64,000 nt of DNA from positions 352,001 through 416,000 of the IMG/VR virus record IMGVR_UViG_3300037067_027616. One strand, 5' to 3'. A model generated the notes under the pieces. That model saw nothing but the letters and a program-made list of their open reading frames with translations. It did not search any database and was not told the origin of the DNA. Of this stretch, positions 1 through 10,374 are shown piece after piece (the first letter of the stretch is position 1; the number at the start of each line of letters is the position of its first letter). The position numbers and the translations under genes are program-made. This DNA is from a virus (taxonomy: Duplodnaviria; Caudoviricetes).

Positions 1-1969
1 CCAGGTAAAGACATTTGACCCGAACATCACCATAACTTCTTCCGAGTTGACTTTTGGGCCGTTGGACAAAGCCTTGTTCCACAATGACCCGGCTTTCTAT
101 AAAGCCATAGTTATGAGGGACGGCACGCCTACAGAGGAGCCTGTGCAGGGCACTTGGGAAGGTCGCGGGACTAACACAGCAAAGTTCACCATCGCCGACA
201 ATTTCGTTCCACAGGGTGGGGACTTGACTGGGATAGAGTACCAAATTACTGCAGGCTATATTGATTACGCGGGTGAGGGTCTGTCGAGAGTACCCAACGA
301 ACCGGTTTCTGTTAAATACCGCGCGGCGGATACTGATAGCAATCAAACCTATTGGTTTAATGCAACCAAGGCTTTTGAATCCAACCGCGTCCTTGAAACA
401 TTATCGGCCTCGGTGGAGGGGTACCCAGATTATGTGTTGGCTTATTCTGCGCGGGAGGTTCAGGCTAACACGGAGGACGAGGCCCTTTACGAGCTTGCGG
501 GGAATACCGAAAGCACCGATTCCGATTGGAAGCGTAGTTTCTTGAAGTACTCCGGTCAACAATTCCGTGGAAGCCTTGTAGAGTACCACTACTTTTTCAA
601 GAATACTGCATCCACGAATATCGTGCGTGTGCCAAAGAATCTTAACGGGTATGCTCTTTTTGCGGTGCGTAGCATATTGAATGTGGCCAACGGCACTGAA
701 TATAAGATATCCACACAATATGCTGCGGATTTGAGCATGCGTGACAGGGAAATTATTGACACTGTCTTGCATACGGAAAATCTTGTCATCCATACCGATG
801 AGGCTTTTGTTATTCCGGCCGATGCCGTGGTGGAGGTCGTTTGTGATGTGGTCGTGCAAGCATCGGATTTAGGTGGCACAGCCTATGATGTTGGCATCAC
901 GGTAGCTAACCGCGGCGAAGTTCAAGACGCCTTGAGGACGTCCCTTACCAGCAACTACCATGTTGCTTCCAAGGGTGTGGGAGGGTTGTACGTGGGGATA
1001 TTGTACCCACTCACTTTTGATACCTTGACTAATCAATTCCCGATTGATTTAGGTACTTCGACGGTGCCGGGCATGCAAAACGGCATCATCATGGGATTGT
1101 CATCGATGAGTACGAAAACATCGCCACGGCAGATGTATGCTTGGTACAAGTCGAACGAACCTGGTAAGGATTATTACACGGCTCTTCCGATAGCATCGGT
1201 TGACGGGTTCGGAACGGAGGCAATCACTGCGATGTTGGCTCCGGACAAGTCCATCAATGCTGGTACGGTGCTTGTTCCACTTCTTGTCAAGCTCAGCACT
1301 TTGCCAAGTTTGTCGGAGACATCTCAAGCATATGCCTTCTACAAGTTCAGGCCCGTGCAGACGGTGAGCAACCTTCCCGATGATTTGACGCTCGAGGTTC
1401 TCAAGGGGTCGGATTTTGTGTACGTTACCAACATGGGCACAGGAGCCAGTAATTTCGTCAAAGGAGTTCCCTACATTATACCGGCAGAACAGATTGCTGT
1501 TAACGATGACACGGTGTTTAACGACAACATGTTTTCCAATGTTGACGATATGGACTTTGCAACATTCAGTGTCGACACAGGTTTCGTTAAGTTGCCGGCC
1601 ATAATTTCCAACTACGTCGGGGAAGACATAACTTTATCGAATCCGAACAACGTCGGGGATAGGCAGGGGAGGTCGTTTTACACCGAATGTGACATTGAAG
1701 TCTATGTACAATGCGAAAGCATGGCCATCAGTACTCCGCGAAAAGTTTTCATTCCCATGATCGCCCGTGTGCGATCGGCAGTCACAAGCCCTGTAATGCG
1801 CGGCGAACTTGTTCTGTTGGTTTGGTCAAAAGTATACAAAGCTCGGATAGACAACACTACGGGTTGGTTCCAGGATGATGGGCAGGAGTACGCTCCTGGG
1901 TACACCGAGGAGGCTAATACGGCGGTGTGCGTGTACCGTCTCACCAACAAGCCGCTCATGAGGAAATAG
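1..1969 (+). CDS. Large virion structural protein (5'-truncated by window); C-terminus resembles that of 30484..33729
   Basis: Frame is open from the window edge (cag gta aag…), so the true start lies upstream. Beta-rich. C-terminal 'GELVLLVWS…AVCVYRLTNKPL' parallels 'GRVYMMVIS…AVDLFELVGRPV' of 30484..33729. Confidence 0.6.
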   Translation, partial: QVKTFDPNITITSSELTFGPLDKALFHNDPAFYKAIVMRDGTPTEEPVQGTWEGRGTNTAKFTIADNFVPQGGDLTGIEYQITAGYIDYAGEGLSRVPNEPVSVKYRAADTDSNQTYWFNATKAFESNRVLETLSASVEGYPDYVLAYSAREVQANTEDEALYELAGNTESTDSDWKRSFLKYSGQQFRGSLVEYHYFFKNTASTNIVRVPKNLNGYALFAVRSILNVANGTEYKISTQYAADLSMRDREIIDTVLHTENLVIHTDEAFVIPADAVVEVVCDVVVQASDLGGTAYDVGITVANRGEVQDALRTSLTSNYHVASKGVGGLYVGILYPLTFDTLTNQFPIDLGTSTVPGMQNGIIMGLSSMSTKTSPRQMYAWYKSNEPGKDYYTALPIASVDGFGTEAITAMLAPDKSINAGTVLVPLLVKLSTLPSLSETSQAYAFYKFRPVQTVSNLPDDLTLEVLKGSDFVYVTNMGTGASNFVKGVPYIIPAEQIAVNDDTVFNDNMFSNVDDMDFATFSVDTGFVKLPAIISNYVGEDITLSNPNNVGDRQGRSFYTECDIEVYVQCESMAISTPRKVFIPMIARVRSAVTSPVMRGELVLLVWSKVYKARIDNTTGWFQDDGQEYAPGYTEEANTAVCVYRLTNKPLMRK

Positions 1970-1973
1970 CCAT

Positions 1974-3041
1974 ATGATTCGCACGAATAACGTGCATGAG
2001 CGGCGAAATTATGACGGTACGGTTGACTACGTAGTCGACCTCGGCAACGTTCTTATCAACGACCGTGTCGTCACAATCGGGAACATCGTTGTCCCGCTCA
2101 ACAAGGAAACATTCTTCACCCTCCCTGCGGATAAGGACAAGTACGCCGTAGTAAACGCGTATTATGAAGTCGACACGGGTAAATTCTTTTTCGACCGCGT
2201 TCTCGTTTCTGACAAGTTCGTGTCATCGGTGAATTCAAGGGCCATCCCCAACTTGGTGCCTTTGGCGCAATTTGTCTTGAAACAGAGCATAGGCGGGTTC
2301 ACTGTGGTTTCCGTGAACGAGTACTCACGGATGTCCACCTACGCTTTAAGCACCGGAGGTGACACCGGAGAGCAAGGCCTGCAAGGCCTTCCAGGGCCTA
2401 CAGGGAGCTTTGGGTGGACGGGAATGGAAGGCCCCACGGGTGTGGACGGCCTAGTGGGTGAAACGGGCTATCAAGGCCCTACGGGCCTCGGGGCGCAAGG
2501 GGCACAGGGGGTACAGGGTCCTACGGGGGTTTACCCCGATTTAAGCTTGTTGATGTACCTTAAGTTCAAATCGGACTCGAGTGATCAGACTGATTATTCC
2601 GCATATCAAAGGGATTGCTCGTGGGCGGTCACAGGATTAGGGGTCACCGGGTCGTCTGAAATTTCATCTTTTACGGTGGAACCAGGTATAGTAGATAACT
2701 GTCATTCGGTCGTATATCAAGGTGATGGGTCGTCCTATGTGTATGATGGTTATGTTGATTTTTCTGGATACACCGGGGTGGCCCAAGCGTGGGTGAGGGT
2801 GGACGTGGTACCTGAAGTCGATTTCTCATACACCGGAGTGGCCGGAGTCACAGGTGTGTTGAGGTTCACGGAGCATTGCGGGTATTTCCCGGAATCTTGG
2901 GCGTGGAACATCGATGGCTCGCAGGTGTCCACTTCGAAGATATTCACCCATGTTGTGGCGACCGGCGAGCATTTGGTCAAGCTTTCATCCAGCAACGTCT
3001 GTGGCACCATGGACAAGACGAAGCTGGTGGTGATGCCGTAA
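1974..3041 (+). CDS. Virion protein with Gly-X-Thr collagen-like segment and C-terminal PKD-like domain
   Basis: GEQGLQGLPGPTG…GPTG repeats; 'SWAWNIDG…FTH…GEHLVKL' PKD-like end; N-terminal domain similar to 13868 and 14577. Confidence 0.7.
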   Translation: MIRTNNVHERRNYDGTVDYVVDLGNVLINDRVVTIGNIVVPLNKETFFTLPADKDKYAVVNAYYEVDTGKFFFDRVLVSDKFVSSVNSRAIPNLVPLAQFVLKQSIGGFTVVSVNEYSRMSTYALSTGGDTGEQGLQGLPGPTGSFGWTGMEGPTGVDGLVGETGYQGPTGLGAQGAQGVQGPTGVYPDLSLLMYLKFKSDSSDQTDYSAYQRDCSWAVTGLGVTGSSEISSFTVEPGIVDNCHSVVYQGDGSSYVYDGYVDFSGYTGVAQAWVRVDVVPEVDFSYTGVAGVTGVLRFTEHCGYFPESWAWNIDGSQVSTSKIFTHVVATGEHLVKLSSSNVCGTMDKTKLVVMP

Positions 3042-3050
3042 GGACACAAA

Positions 3051-3698
3051 ATGGCTACTGCTGATTTCACAGCTACGGACAGGGTCGGTGACGGCTCGGC
3101 AACCGTCACGTTCACGGACGCCTCCACGGGGACGATAGTGTCCAGGAAGTGGATCCTTGGTGATGGCACGGTTATCGATGGTAATCTGACGAGTGTGGTA
3201 CACACATATAGTCCCGGAACATACGATGTCATTCTCGTTGTTGAGGATTTATATGGTCAAGACTCAAAGACGAGGACGGGTTATGTAGTCGTCAACCAGA
3301 TTCATCCGAGGCCTTCGTTTGTTATAGCGGAGAGTTTTGGAAGCTTTGATGATGAGTATTGGAGATTCTACCTCGACTCGGAGTTGCACCTTGTCTATGA
3401 AGACAAAGATTATGTATACCGTTCGGTGGATCCTGTGACCACGATCAAAAAATGGACTTTTGTAGAATTTCATGCGGGCTTGTTTGAGATGTACGCCGGC
3501 ACGTATTCACAAACACGGCACAAAGTCGATGTGGCCAAAAGCGTCAATGCCTCGCCCCCGGTAATAACCGACAACGTGTTCTACATAGCCCCGAACAGCA
3601 CGATCAAGATAGACGAGTTCAAGATATGGCTCGGCGAGAAGAACTTGAAGTCGTATTATTACCAGACAAGACCGATGGCCGGGTCTTTAGACGCATAG
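3051..3698 (+). CDS. PKD-domain protein with LamG-like C-terminal part
   Basis: ADFTA…VTFTDASTG…W.LGDG…HTYSPGTYDV PKD signature; 'KWTFV…IDEFKIW' LamG-like. Confidence 0.7.
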   Translation: MATADFTATDRVGDGSATVTFTDASTGTIVSRKWILGDGTVIDGNLTSVVHTYSPGTYDVILVVEDLYGQDSKTRTGYVVVNQIHPRPSFVIAESFGSFDDEYWRFYLDSELHLVYEDKDYVYRSVDPVTTIKKWTFVEFHAGLFEMYAGTYSQTRHKVDVAKSVNASPPVITDNVFYIAPNSTIKIDEFKIWLGEKNLKSYYYQTRPMAGSLDA

Positions 3699-3719
3699 TT
3701 AGTTTATAGGGAGTAGATC

Positions 3720-5402
3720 ATGGGACTTAGTTTAATAACCTTTGTAGCGCCCCCAGCTGGTGATTACCCTATAAAGGTAATGACCACCGCCAACTATATT
3801 TATGTTTTGTGTGAGAGCCAAAATATATACGCGTATACTTTTGATGGTGCTAATTATACTCAACGGGGTGTTTTAACGGGTGCTACATATGGGGATTTGT
3901 ATGTAAAAAGTGACTCCGAAATAGCCGTAACTACAACGGGTACTAGATATTTGAGGACATACTCTTTTGACGGAACTTCTTTTAACCTAGTAGCATCAAG
4001 TGTTGCAGACGCAGCGAGATCCAAGTGCTCATACAGCCCAAGCGGTGCTCATGATATAACCACTACGGCTGCTCCTACTAGATTTTTTAGAACATGGGAT
4101 GCTGCTTTAGCTGTGAGGACAACAGCGCCGTTGGTAGGTTATCCCCAATATGTAGGCTCATTTTCTGTAGATTCTGCCCAAGACAATGACTTTTCTTTTG
4201 TTTCAACAAATAGTGGTTTGGATGCCCTTGTATCTTCCACCCCTTCATACATTATATCGTATGTTCCTTCCGGAGCGGGAACTTTTAACGGATCTCACGA
4301 TGTTCGGTATTATGGATCCGGTTTGTTGGGATATGCTTGGAGAAATTCTATAGGCAGTACTTTCTATGATCTTCTGAGCTTTAATGGATCAGTTTTTACT
4401 TTTTTAAGCCGTATACAATTAGTAGCCCCCTACCCTACCGGTTATATATTGAGTAGTTGGTATGATGGTACTAATTTTTATTTGGTAGCAGACCCTGATT
4501 ATGGGACATATGATGGAGGTCTGTTTGCTTTTACATATAGTGGAGGTGTGGGTGGTACTTGGACTTTAGTAGACCATAGCGCGGATGTTCCCGTTGGTGG
4601 GTATTCTTGGGATGGTAGCGTAGCTACTCAAAACGGATATATACATGTAGCAGATTATAGTTGTCTTAAGGCATATGAACTTTCGTCTCCTCCGCCTGTT
4701 GCTGATTTTTCAGGCACCCCTACAAGTAGTATCATCCCGGTGCCTGTTCAATTTACCGACCTCTCCACCAACAGCCCGACTTCGTGGTTGTGGACGTTTG
4801 GGGACGGAGTTACAGGTGCGGATCAAAATCCTCTACATGACTATACCTTAGCAGGATTGTATACGGTTTCATTGGAAGCCACGAATCTTGGTGGGAGCGA
4901 CACAGAAACAAAAGCCGGATACATCGATGCTAGAAGTCACGAACTTACAATAAATGCTGACGTGCTTGTGGGCATTGTTCCATTTACCGTGAATTTCACA
5001 GTAACTGTGCTGTCTGGAAGTTGGCTGTCATTTACTTGGAATTTTGGGGACGGCCAATCAGCAGTAGGCAGTCAAGTTTCACACACGTACACAACAGTGG
5101 GTTATCACACTGTAGCCCTTGTTGGAGTAAAATACAACGCAGAAATAGAAACAGTCATCGAGCGCGCGTGGATACGCGTGGGGAAGCTGTCTTTTGAAGT
5201 GTCTCAAACGTCATTAGACGATATACCCCAGTCGGTGTCATTCAGCAATACATGTTCAGCCCCGACCGGTTACGAGTTCCACGATTGGCAGTGGGATTTC
5301 GGGGACGCGTCTTTGGGGTCAGGACTCACGGGGCCATCACACATATACGGGGAGTATGGAAACTACAATGTGCGTCTTGATGCAAAGATGAAAAAGTTGT
5401 GA
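3720..5402 (+). CDS. Beta-propeller (LVIVD-like) plus three PKD domains; putative receptor-binding/decoration protein
   Basis: Repeated 'Y.FDG..F' blades and 'YIHVAD'; three 'W.FGDG/WDFGD' PKD motifs. Confidence 0.75.
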   Translation: MGLSLITFVAPPAGDYPIKVMTTANYIYVLCESQNIYAYTFDGANYTQRGVLTGATYGDLYVKSDSEIAVTTTGTRYLRTYSFDGTSFNLVASSVADAARSKCSYSPSGAHDITTTAAPTRFFRTWDAALAVRTTAPLVGYPQYVGSFSVDSAQDNDFSFVSTNSGLDALVSSTPSYIISYVPSGAGTFNGSHDVRYYGSGLLGYAWRNSIGSTFYDLLSFNGSVFTFLSRIQLVAPYPTGYILSSWYDGTNFYLVADPDYGTYDGGLFAFTYSGGVGGTWTLVDHSADVPVGGYSWDGSVATQNGYIHVADYSCLKAYELSSPPPVADFSGTPTSSIIPVPVQFTDLSTNSPTSWLWTFGDGVTGADQNPLHDYTLAGLYTVSLEATNLGGSDTETKAGYIDARSHELTINADVLVGIVPFTVNFTVTVLSGSWLSFTWNFGDGQSAVGSQVSHTYTTVGYHTVALVGVKYNAEIETVIERAWIRVGKLSFEVSQTSLDDIPQSVSFSNTCSAPTGYEFHDWQWDFGDASLGSGLTGPSHIYGEYGNYNVRLDAKMKKL

Positions 5403-5434
5403 CCCCAGATTTCACATAGAAATGGAAATACAAA

Positions 5435-6097
5435 ATGGCTACAGAAAATGGTTCATTCTACAATGACAAATTTAGCCGTGTTATGGGCTTTGCCAACAGT
5501 GTTATTTTAAGTTACCCCCTCATACCTAACAACATGGTAAGGATAGAACACGTACGTGTCGTTTTGGAAAATATAGGCCGCGTACTCATCGATAACGTGC
5601 CTGGGGACATCGTTGAATTTGGTTGCTTTGAAGGTACAACATCGTTGTTCATCAGACGTTTTTTGGACGCCTGTGGTTCCAACAGGCGTTTTCATGTTTA
5701 TGACGCTTTTCAAGGGTTGCCTGATAAAGGCGTTGAAGACGGCGACAGTCCTAATTTCTACAAGGGTTGCTGTCAAACGAACCGTTCGATGCTTGAGAAA
5801 AATTTCAATGATTCAGGTTTGGCTCTTCCCGAGGTGCATGAGGGGTGGTTCCGGGACATCCGTGAGGAAGACCTCCCTAAAGCAATCGCTTTTGCTTTCC
5901 TTGATGGTGATTTTTATACGTCCATTACGGATAGCCTAAACATAGTGTACTCGAGGATGGCGACAGGATCACGGGTCGTAATCCATGACTACAACAATCC
6001 CGAACTTCCCGGGGTCACGAAAGCTTGCACGGATTTCCTGGCAGGAAGAAAAGAAACGGCTACAGATGTCGGGTGTGGCCTTGTGGTCAAGCTTTGA
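5435..6097 (+). CDS. TylF/MycF/NovP-family sugar O-methyltransferase
   Basis: VPGDIVEFGCFEG, YDAFQGLP, GWFRD, FAFLDGDFY.S, IHDY…GV..A family motifs. Confidence 0.9.
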   Translation: MATENGSFYNDKFSRVMGFANSVILSYPLIPNNMVRIEHVRVVLENIGRVLIDNVPGDIVEFGCFEGTTSLFIRRFLDACGSNRRFHVYDAFQGLPDKGVEDGDSPNFYKGCCQTNRSMLEKNFNDSGLALPEVHEGWFRDIREEDLPKAIAFAFLDGDFYTSITDSLNIVYSRMATGSRVVIHDYNNPELPGVTKACTDFLAGRKETATDVGCGLVVKL

Positions 6098-6115
6098 AAA
6101 GGACATAGATAACCA

Positions 6116-7453
6116 ATGAAACGTAACCTTCTTTACTACGTCTATCCACGCCAATGTAGCATGTTGGCGCTGAATCTGTATATGTTGAGCAAGTATCGTG
6201 ATGTATTCAACGGTAGAAGAATTGTTTTTGCTGTTGAAGAGGAAGGTTTGGTTGACCAGACGCACCTAGGATGGATGTTTAACGATACCCACGATATCCG
6301 GCCTTATGAGTTGGTAATGGTTCCGGCCGACTTGGAGAACAAGGAAAGCGCGTGCCTTTCCAAGATGCTCGAAATGGTTCAATCCTCCGACCCCGATGAG
6401 GTTTCCTTCTTTGCACACGCCAAGGACACCTCTTTGGATGTCCTCGCCCAACATGATGTTGCCGAACTCTCTGATTGGGTGAGGGATATGTACCACAACA
6501 ACCTTTCGAATCCTTCGTTGGTAGACACGGTAATGGACCGGCACCCGTGTGCGGGGACCTTCAAGCACGTTGAGTCTCAGCCTTTGAGTGGTGGTTGGAA
6601 TTACACAGGGAATTTCTTTTGGGTAAACCACCAACGCTTATTCACCAAAAATTGGAAGGACAGTATCGGCGCCAATGTGAACGATTTTTTAAGTAGTAAA
6701 TTTTCAAGTGAAGAGGCCTACAATTTCGGTCGAGATTATTTGGGAAAACTGAATTCAAGCACAGTCGTCAAGAATTGGGATCCTTCGCGGGTTACCGTAG
6801 TGACAACATGCAAAAACCGATGGGGATTCCTTAAGAAGAGCCTTTTGACATGGTTAAACAAAGGCTTTAAGAAGATAATCATAGTAGACTGGGATAGCAA
6901 AGTTGAAGTCGCCAGCAAACTTGAAAAACTGTCGGAAGGTATCAATCCCATCACAGTCATCCGTGTAGAGAACGAAGACATCTTTAATGGGGGCCTGGCG
7001 AGGAACACCGGGGCCAGGTTTGTTACTAGCGAATATGCTCTTTTTATTGATTCGGATATGACCATTAAGGATTGGTCACAAGCCGGGTCTATTTCTATGG
7101 TACCTGGTAAATTCTACCACGGTCCCCACAACATACCTCCTTTTGGAACCGGCTTGGTTCGTATGGATGACTTTCAGCGTATCAACGGATATTCGGAGTT
7201 GTATCCGTCCTATGGTTGGGAGGACAACGACCTGTACAACCGCCTTGAGGAATCCGGCCTGCAAAGATGTTTTTTCGATGAGCGTATGGTCGAACATATC
7301 GAACACAATGATGAACTCCGTACGCGTCACCGCGACCAAAGAGGAAGAAAGCTTCATGAAACCATATGGGAAAACAGGGACAAAATCGAGAAATGGACAT
7401 CTAGTCACAGGCGGGAAGAAAAGATGTTCACAAAGCATGAGTTCTTTTTATGA
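6116..7453 (+). CDS. Two-domain glycosyltransferase (N-terminal GT-like domain + GT2/GT7-type domain)
   Basis: N-terminal 'FAHAK…YTGNFFW'; C-terminal 'IIIVDWDS', 'ARNTG', 'FIDSD' (DxD), 'INGYSE…YGWEDNDL'. Confidence 0.85.
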   Translation: MKRNLLYYVYPRQCSMLALNLYMLSKYRDVFNGRRIVFAVEEEGLVDQTHLGWMFNDTHDIRPYELVMVPADLENKESACLSKMLEMVQSSDPDEVSFFAHAKDTSLDVLAQHDVAELSDWVRDMYHNNLSNPSLVDTVMDRHPCAGTFKHVESQPLSGGWNYTGNFFWVNHQRLFTKNWKDSIGANVNDFLSSKFSSEEAYNFGRDYLGKLNSSTVVKNWDPSRVTVVTTCKNRWGFLKKSLLTWLNKGFKKIIIVDWDSKVEVASKLEKLSEGINPITVIRVENEDIFNGGLARNTGARFVTSEYALFIDSDMTIKDWSQAGSISMVPGKFYHGPHNIPPFGTGLVRMDDFQRINGYSELYPSYGWEDNDLYNRLEESGLQRCFFDERMVEHIEHNDELRTRHRDQRGRKLHETIWENRDKIEKWTSSHRREEKMFTKHEFFL

Positions 7454-8283
7454 AAGTAAGCGTTATCATACCTGCGCATAATCGCGCGCATACGTTGAAG
7501 CGCGCCCTCGAATCCGTTTTGTCTCAAACGGTGGATGACTACGAACTTATTGTTGTCGATGACCGAAGCACGGATGATACGCATTTACTTGTAAGGAACT
7601 ATGGTGAAGTAAAATACGTGGCCAACGGACATAGACAGGGGCCTGCGGGCGCCCGCAACCAGGGTATAGAGGTTTCCTCTGGAGAGTACATCGCTTTTAT
7701 TGATTCTGATGATGAGTGGTTGCCTAATCATATTGAGGATACTCTCTACTGTTTGGAAGAGTACCGTCAAGACGCATGTTACACATTGTGGTACCGCCAA
7801 CGGGGTTCTTCGTGGGAGGGGTACCCTTCGGAATGGCTTGATATTGTGGTGAAAGATTTGAATTTGGAGGTTAAGGGTACCACTATTATGCTCGGGTCGC
7901 GGATAGCAGAGTACACGGTGTCTAAACCTTTTTGGTGCTTTCACACGGACACTTTGGTTGCAAGGAGGAGTGCCCTCGTTGGATGCGGGATGTTCAATGA
8001 GGAGTTCAATAGCGCAGAGGATTTGGAGTTTTCATTCAGATTGTTATTGAAAAGCCCCACATGTTTGATTAACGATTACCACGCTTATTATTATGAAGGT
8101 GACGACAACATAGTTGCTTTGCGCACGGAGGATCCGTTTAAATTGAAGTTGCATTACGGGGAAACCGTGAGGGCATTGGGGCGCATAAAGGCCCTGGTGG
8201 AATCCTCACCGTTGATTGTGGATAAGGCTGGGTGTCGTGAACAACTGAACAAAAAAATCGCAGAGTATGAAGTACTACGTTAG
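7450..8283 (+). CDS. Family 2 glycosyltransferase
   Basis: VSVIIPAHNR, IVVDDRSTD, GPAGARNQG, IAFIDSDD, AEDLEF. Confidence 0.95.
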   Translation: MKVSVIIPAHNRAHTLKRALESVLSQTVDDYELIVVDDRSTDDTHLLVRNYGEVKYVANGHRQGPAGARNQGIEVSSGEYIAFIDSDDEWLPNHIEDTLYCLEEYRQDACYTLWYRQRGSSWEGYPSEWLDIVVKDLNLEVKGTTIMLGSRIAEYTVSKPFWCFHTDTLVARRSALVGCGMFNEEFNSAEDLEFSFRLLLKSPTCLINDYHAYYYEGDDNIVALRTEDPFKLKLHYGETVRALGRIKALVESSPLIVDKAGCREQLNKKIAEYEVLR

Positions 8284-9055
8284 TTTTCCCATATTTTACG
8301 ACTGTGACTTGCGGTGCTATTATTGTTTCTCCGCAGACTCAATGATGACAAATCTTCCTCCTGTAAGGAAGGTAACCGTTGAGGATTACGTTAGATTCAA
8401 GGACAGGTTCCTGTGTGACGCCGAAGATATAGTTGTCGAATTGAATGGCGGAGAAACATTCCTTCCAATAAACATCGCGGCTATAAAAAGGTTCATAAAA
8501 GGCACCACAACGGAACGAATAGAACTTCAGACAAACGGTATCCAGCCCGAGGAGGCTTACAAAGAGATTTTGCCGTTTAGGGACAGGCTATTCAAGATAG
8601 GCTTCACCTATCATCGGAAGATGATTGATAAAGTTCCATCTTATCGATCGGCTTATGAACGTAATGTATTGATGATGAAAGAGTTGGGTTTACCCGTGTA
8701 CGTCAAGGAAATCTTGTTCCATGAGGAGCAAGATGCAATATTGGAGAACAAAAGTAAATGGGAAAGCCTTGGGATTGATTTCAAGATACAGGATTTCAAG
8801 GGATCTTTTCTTGGCGTGAGCGGTGAAGGCATCGCTGAATACACGTCTGATGATTGGCGGTTAGTGTCGTGCGAGTACATCAGGAACGCCGGCGATTGCA
8901 GATGCAAGGCTGGTTATAAGCAGTTGCTAGTTATGAAGGATGGAACGGTCATAAGTTGCTATAGGATGCAAGAGGCGGTTGGGAATATGATCGAAGGTAC
9001 TTACAAATCTAACTATTATGTTTCCTTGCTCGACAAGAAGGTTGTATGGATTTGA
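8267..9055 (+). CDS. Radical SAM protein with Twitch/SPASM-like C-terminus
   Basis: CDLRCYYC (CxxxCxxC), GGET, TNG; C-terminal 'CKAG…DGTVISC'. Confidence 0.9.
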   Translation: MKYYVSFPIFYDCDLRCYYCFSADSMMTNLPPVRKVTVEDYVRFKDRFLCDAEDIVVELNGGETFLPINIAAIKRFIKGTTTERIELQTNGIQPEEAYKEILPFRDRLFKIGFTYHRKMIDKVPSYRSAYERNVLMMKELGLPVYVKEILFHEEQDAILENKSKWESLGIDFKIQDFKGSFLGVSGEGIAEYTSDDWRLVSCEYIRNAGDCRCKAGYKQLLVMKDGTVISCYRMQEAVGNMIEGTYKSNYYVSLLDKKVVWI

Positions 9056-10362
9056 CGGGCATTGAAAATGTATACACGGATATACCGTTCGGATCGTATA
9101 GGTGGTATGTCGGAATTTATGGTGACTACTTTGAAAGAACTTTGACATACGTGGATGGGGCTGCCAAGGCCACCATCGCAAGCATTTTTCACAAGCTTCG
9201 GGATGAACACACAATAAATTGGAACAGGAATTATTTGTATGAGTTCAAGGCCGAGTATAAGGAAAAGGTGAAAGCGCTCGTTTATGATAAGATGCACAGC
9301 ACAGACAGATTTGATGTTCTTAAAGTGTGCCTATATTTATTGAGACATTTGGAGAAGGATTGCGTGTTGGATGATTATGTATTGAGAAAGATTCCAGAGT
9401 TGAAGGTTTTTTTGGAGGACTACGTTGAACCTTGTATGTCACCATTGCAGGAAAAAGTTGCGAGCATGAGCCGAAGTGAACACTCTTTGAGGGATTTAGA
9501 GGTGTTGTTGATAACGAACAGGGGGTTCAATAAAGTCATGGATCACCAAAAGGAAAGCTACACCGGTGACCGATACCATACCACCAATTTGGATTGTATT
9601 GAATTGGATTTGACCGCCGACTGCAATTTGAAATGCTTTAATTGCGACAGGGCGTGTGGCCGGGCCGAAAGCACCGAGTCAATGACCGTTCAACAGGTGG
9701 AGAAGTTTGTAGAGGAAAGCAAGTCTTGTGAAAAAGAGTGGGTACGAATAGGAATAACCGGAGGTGAGCCAACCCTCCACCCCAACATCATGAAAATAGT
9801 AGGCTTGTTGATCGAGTACAGGAATACTCACCTTCCAAAGAGTTCGTACGTACAGGTGGTGTCCAATGGCTACGGGGACGCCCCTGGGGTCTTGAAAAGA
9901 ATAGAGTCTTCATATTTACAGAAAGTTGTTCCCAGCAACGCGACCAACACCTTCATTCGCAACAATAACAAGCGGAACAAGGTGGTGCTTCACAGCCCCG
10001 TTAATATGGCTCCCGTGGACGATGAGCGCTTCAAGGGGTGTGATTTTAGAAATGGCTGTTGGGTGACGGAAACCACAGGTTTGTGTTTAAACAGGTACGG
10101 GTATTATGGTTGCGGTGCCGGAGCGGCCATAGACAGGGTTTTCGGGTATGACCTTGGGATAAAGGCTCTCAAGGATGTATGTATGAGTCGGATTATTGAG
10201 CAAAGAAAAAAGTTGTGTGCGCTTTGCGGTAGGTTTAATGACCTATCAATAACTGCAGAGTACTATGGGCCGGGTTGGGTGGTCGAGGAAAAGGCCTCCG
10301 TCACGTGGGAAAAGGTCTTTGGGGCATATCAAAAAAACAAGCCCGTTTTGACTATATACTGA
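9046..10362 (+). CDS. Radical SAM protein with N-terminal unknown domain and Cys-rich C-terminus
   Basis: CNLKCFNC, TGGEPTLHP, SNG; C-terminal 'CW…GYYGC…LCALC'. Confidence 0.9.
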   Translation: MDLTGIENVYTDIPFGSYRWYVGIYGDYFERTLTYVDGAAKATIASIFHKLRDEHTINWNRNYLYEFKAEYKEKVKALVYDKMHSTDRFDVLKVCLYLLRHLEKDCVLDDYVLRKIPELKVFLEDYVEPCMSPLQEKVASMSRSEHSLRDLEVLLITNRGFNKVMDHQKESYTGDRYHTTNLDCIELDLTADCNLKCFNCDRACGRAESTESMTVQQVEKFVEESKSCEKEWVRIGITGGEPTLHPNIMKIVGLLIEYRNTHLPKSSYVQVVSNGYGDAPGVLKRIESSYLQKVVPSNATNTFIRNNNKRNKVVLHSPVNMAPVDDERFKGCDFRNGCWVTETTGLCLNRYGYYGCGAGAAIDRVFGYDLGIKALKDVCMSRIIEQRKKLCALCGRFNDLSITAEYYGPGWVVEEKASVTWEKVFGAYQKNKPVLTIY

Positions 10363-10374
10363 ATAGAGGGATGT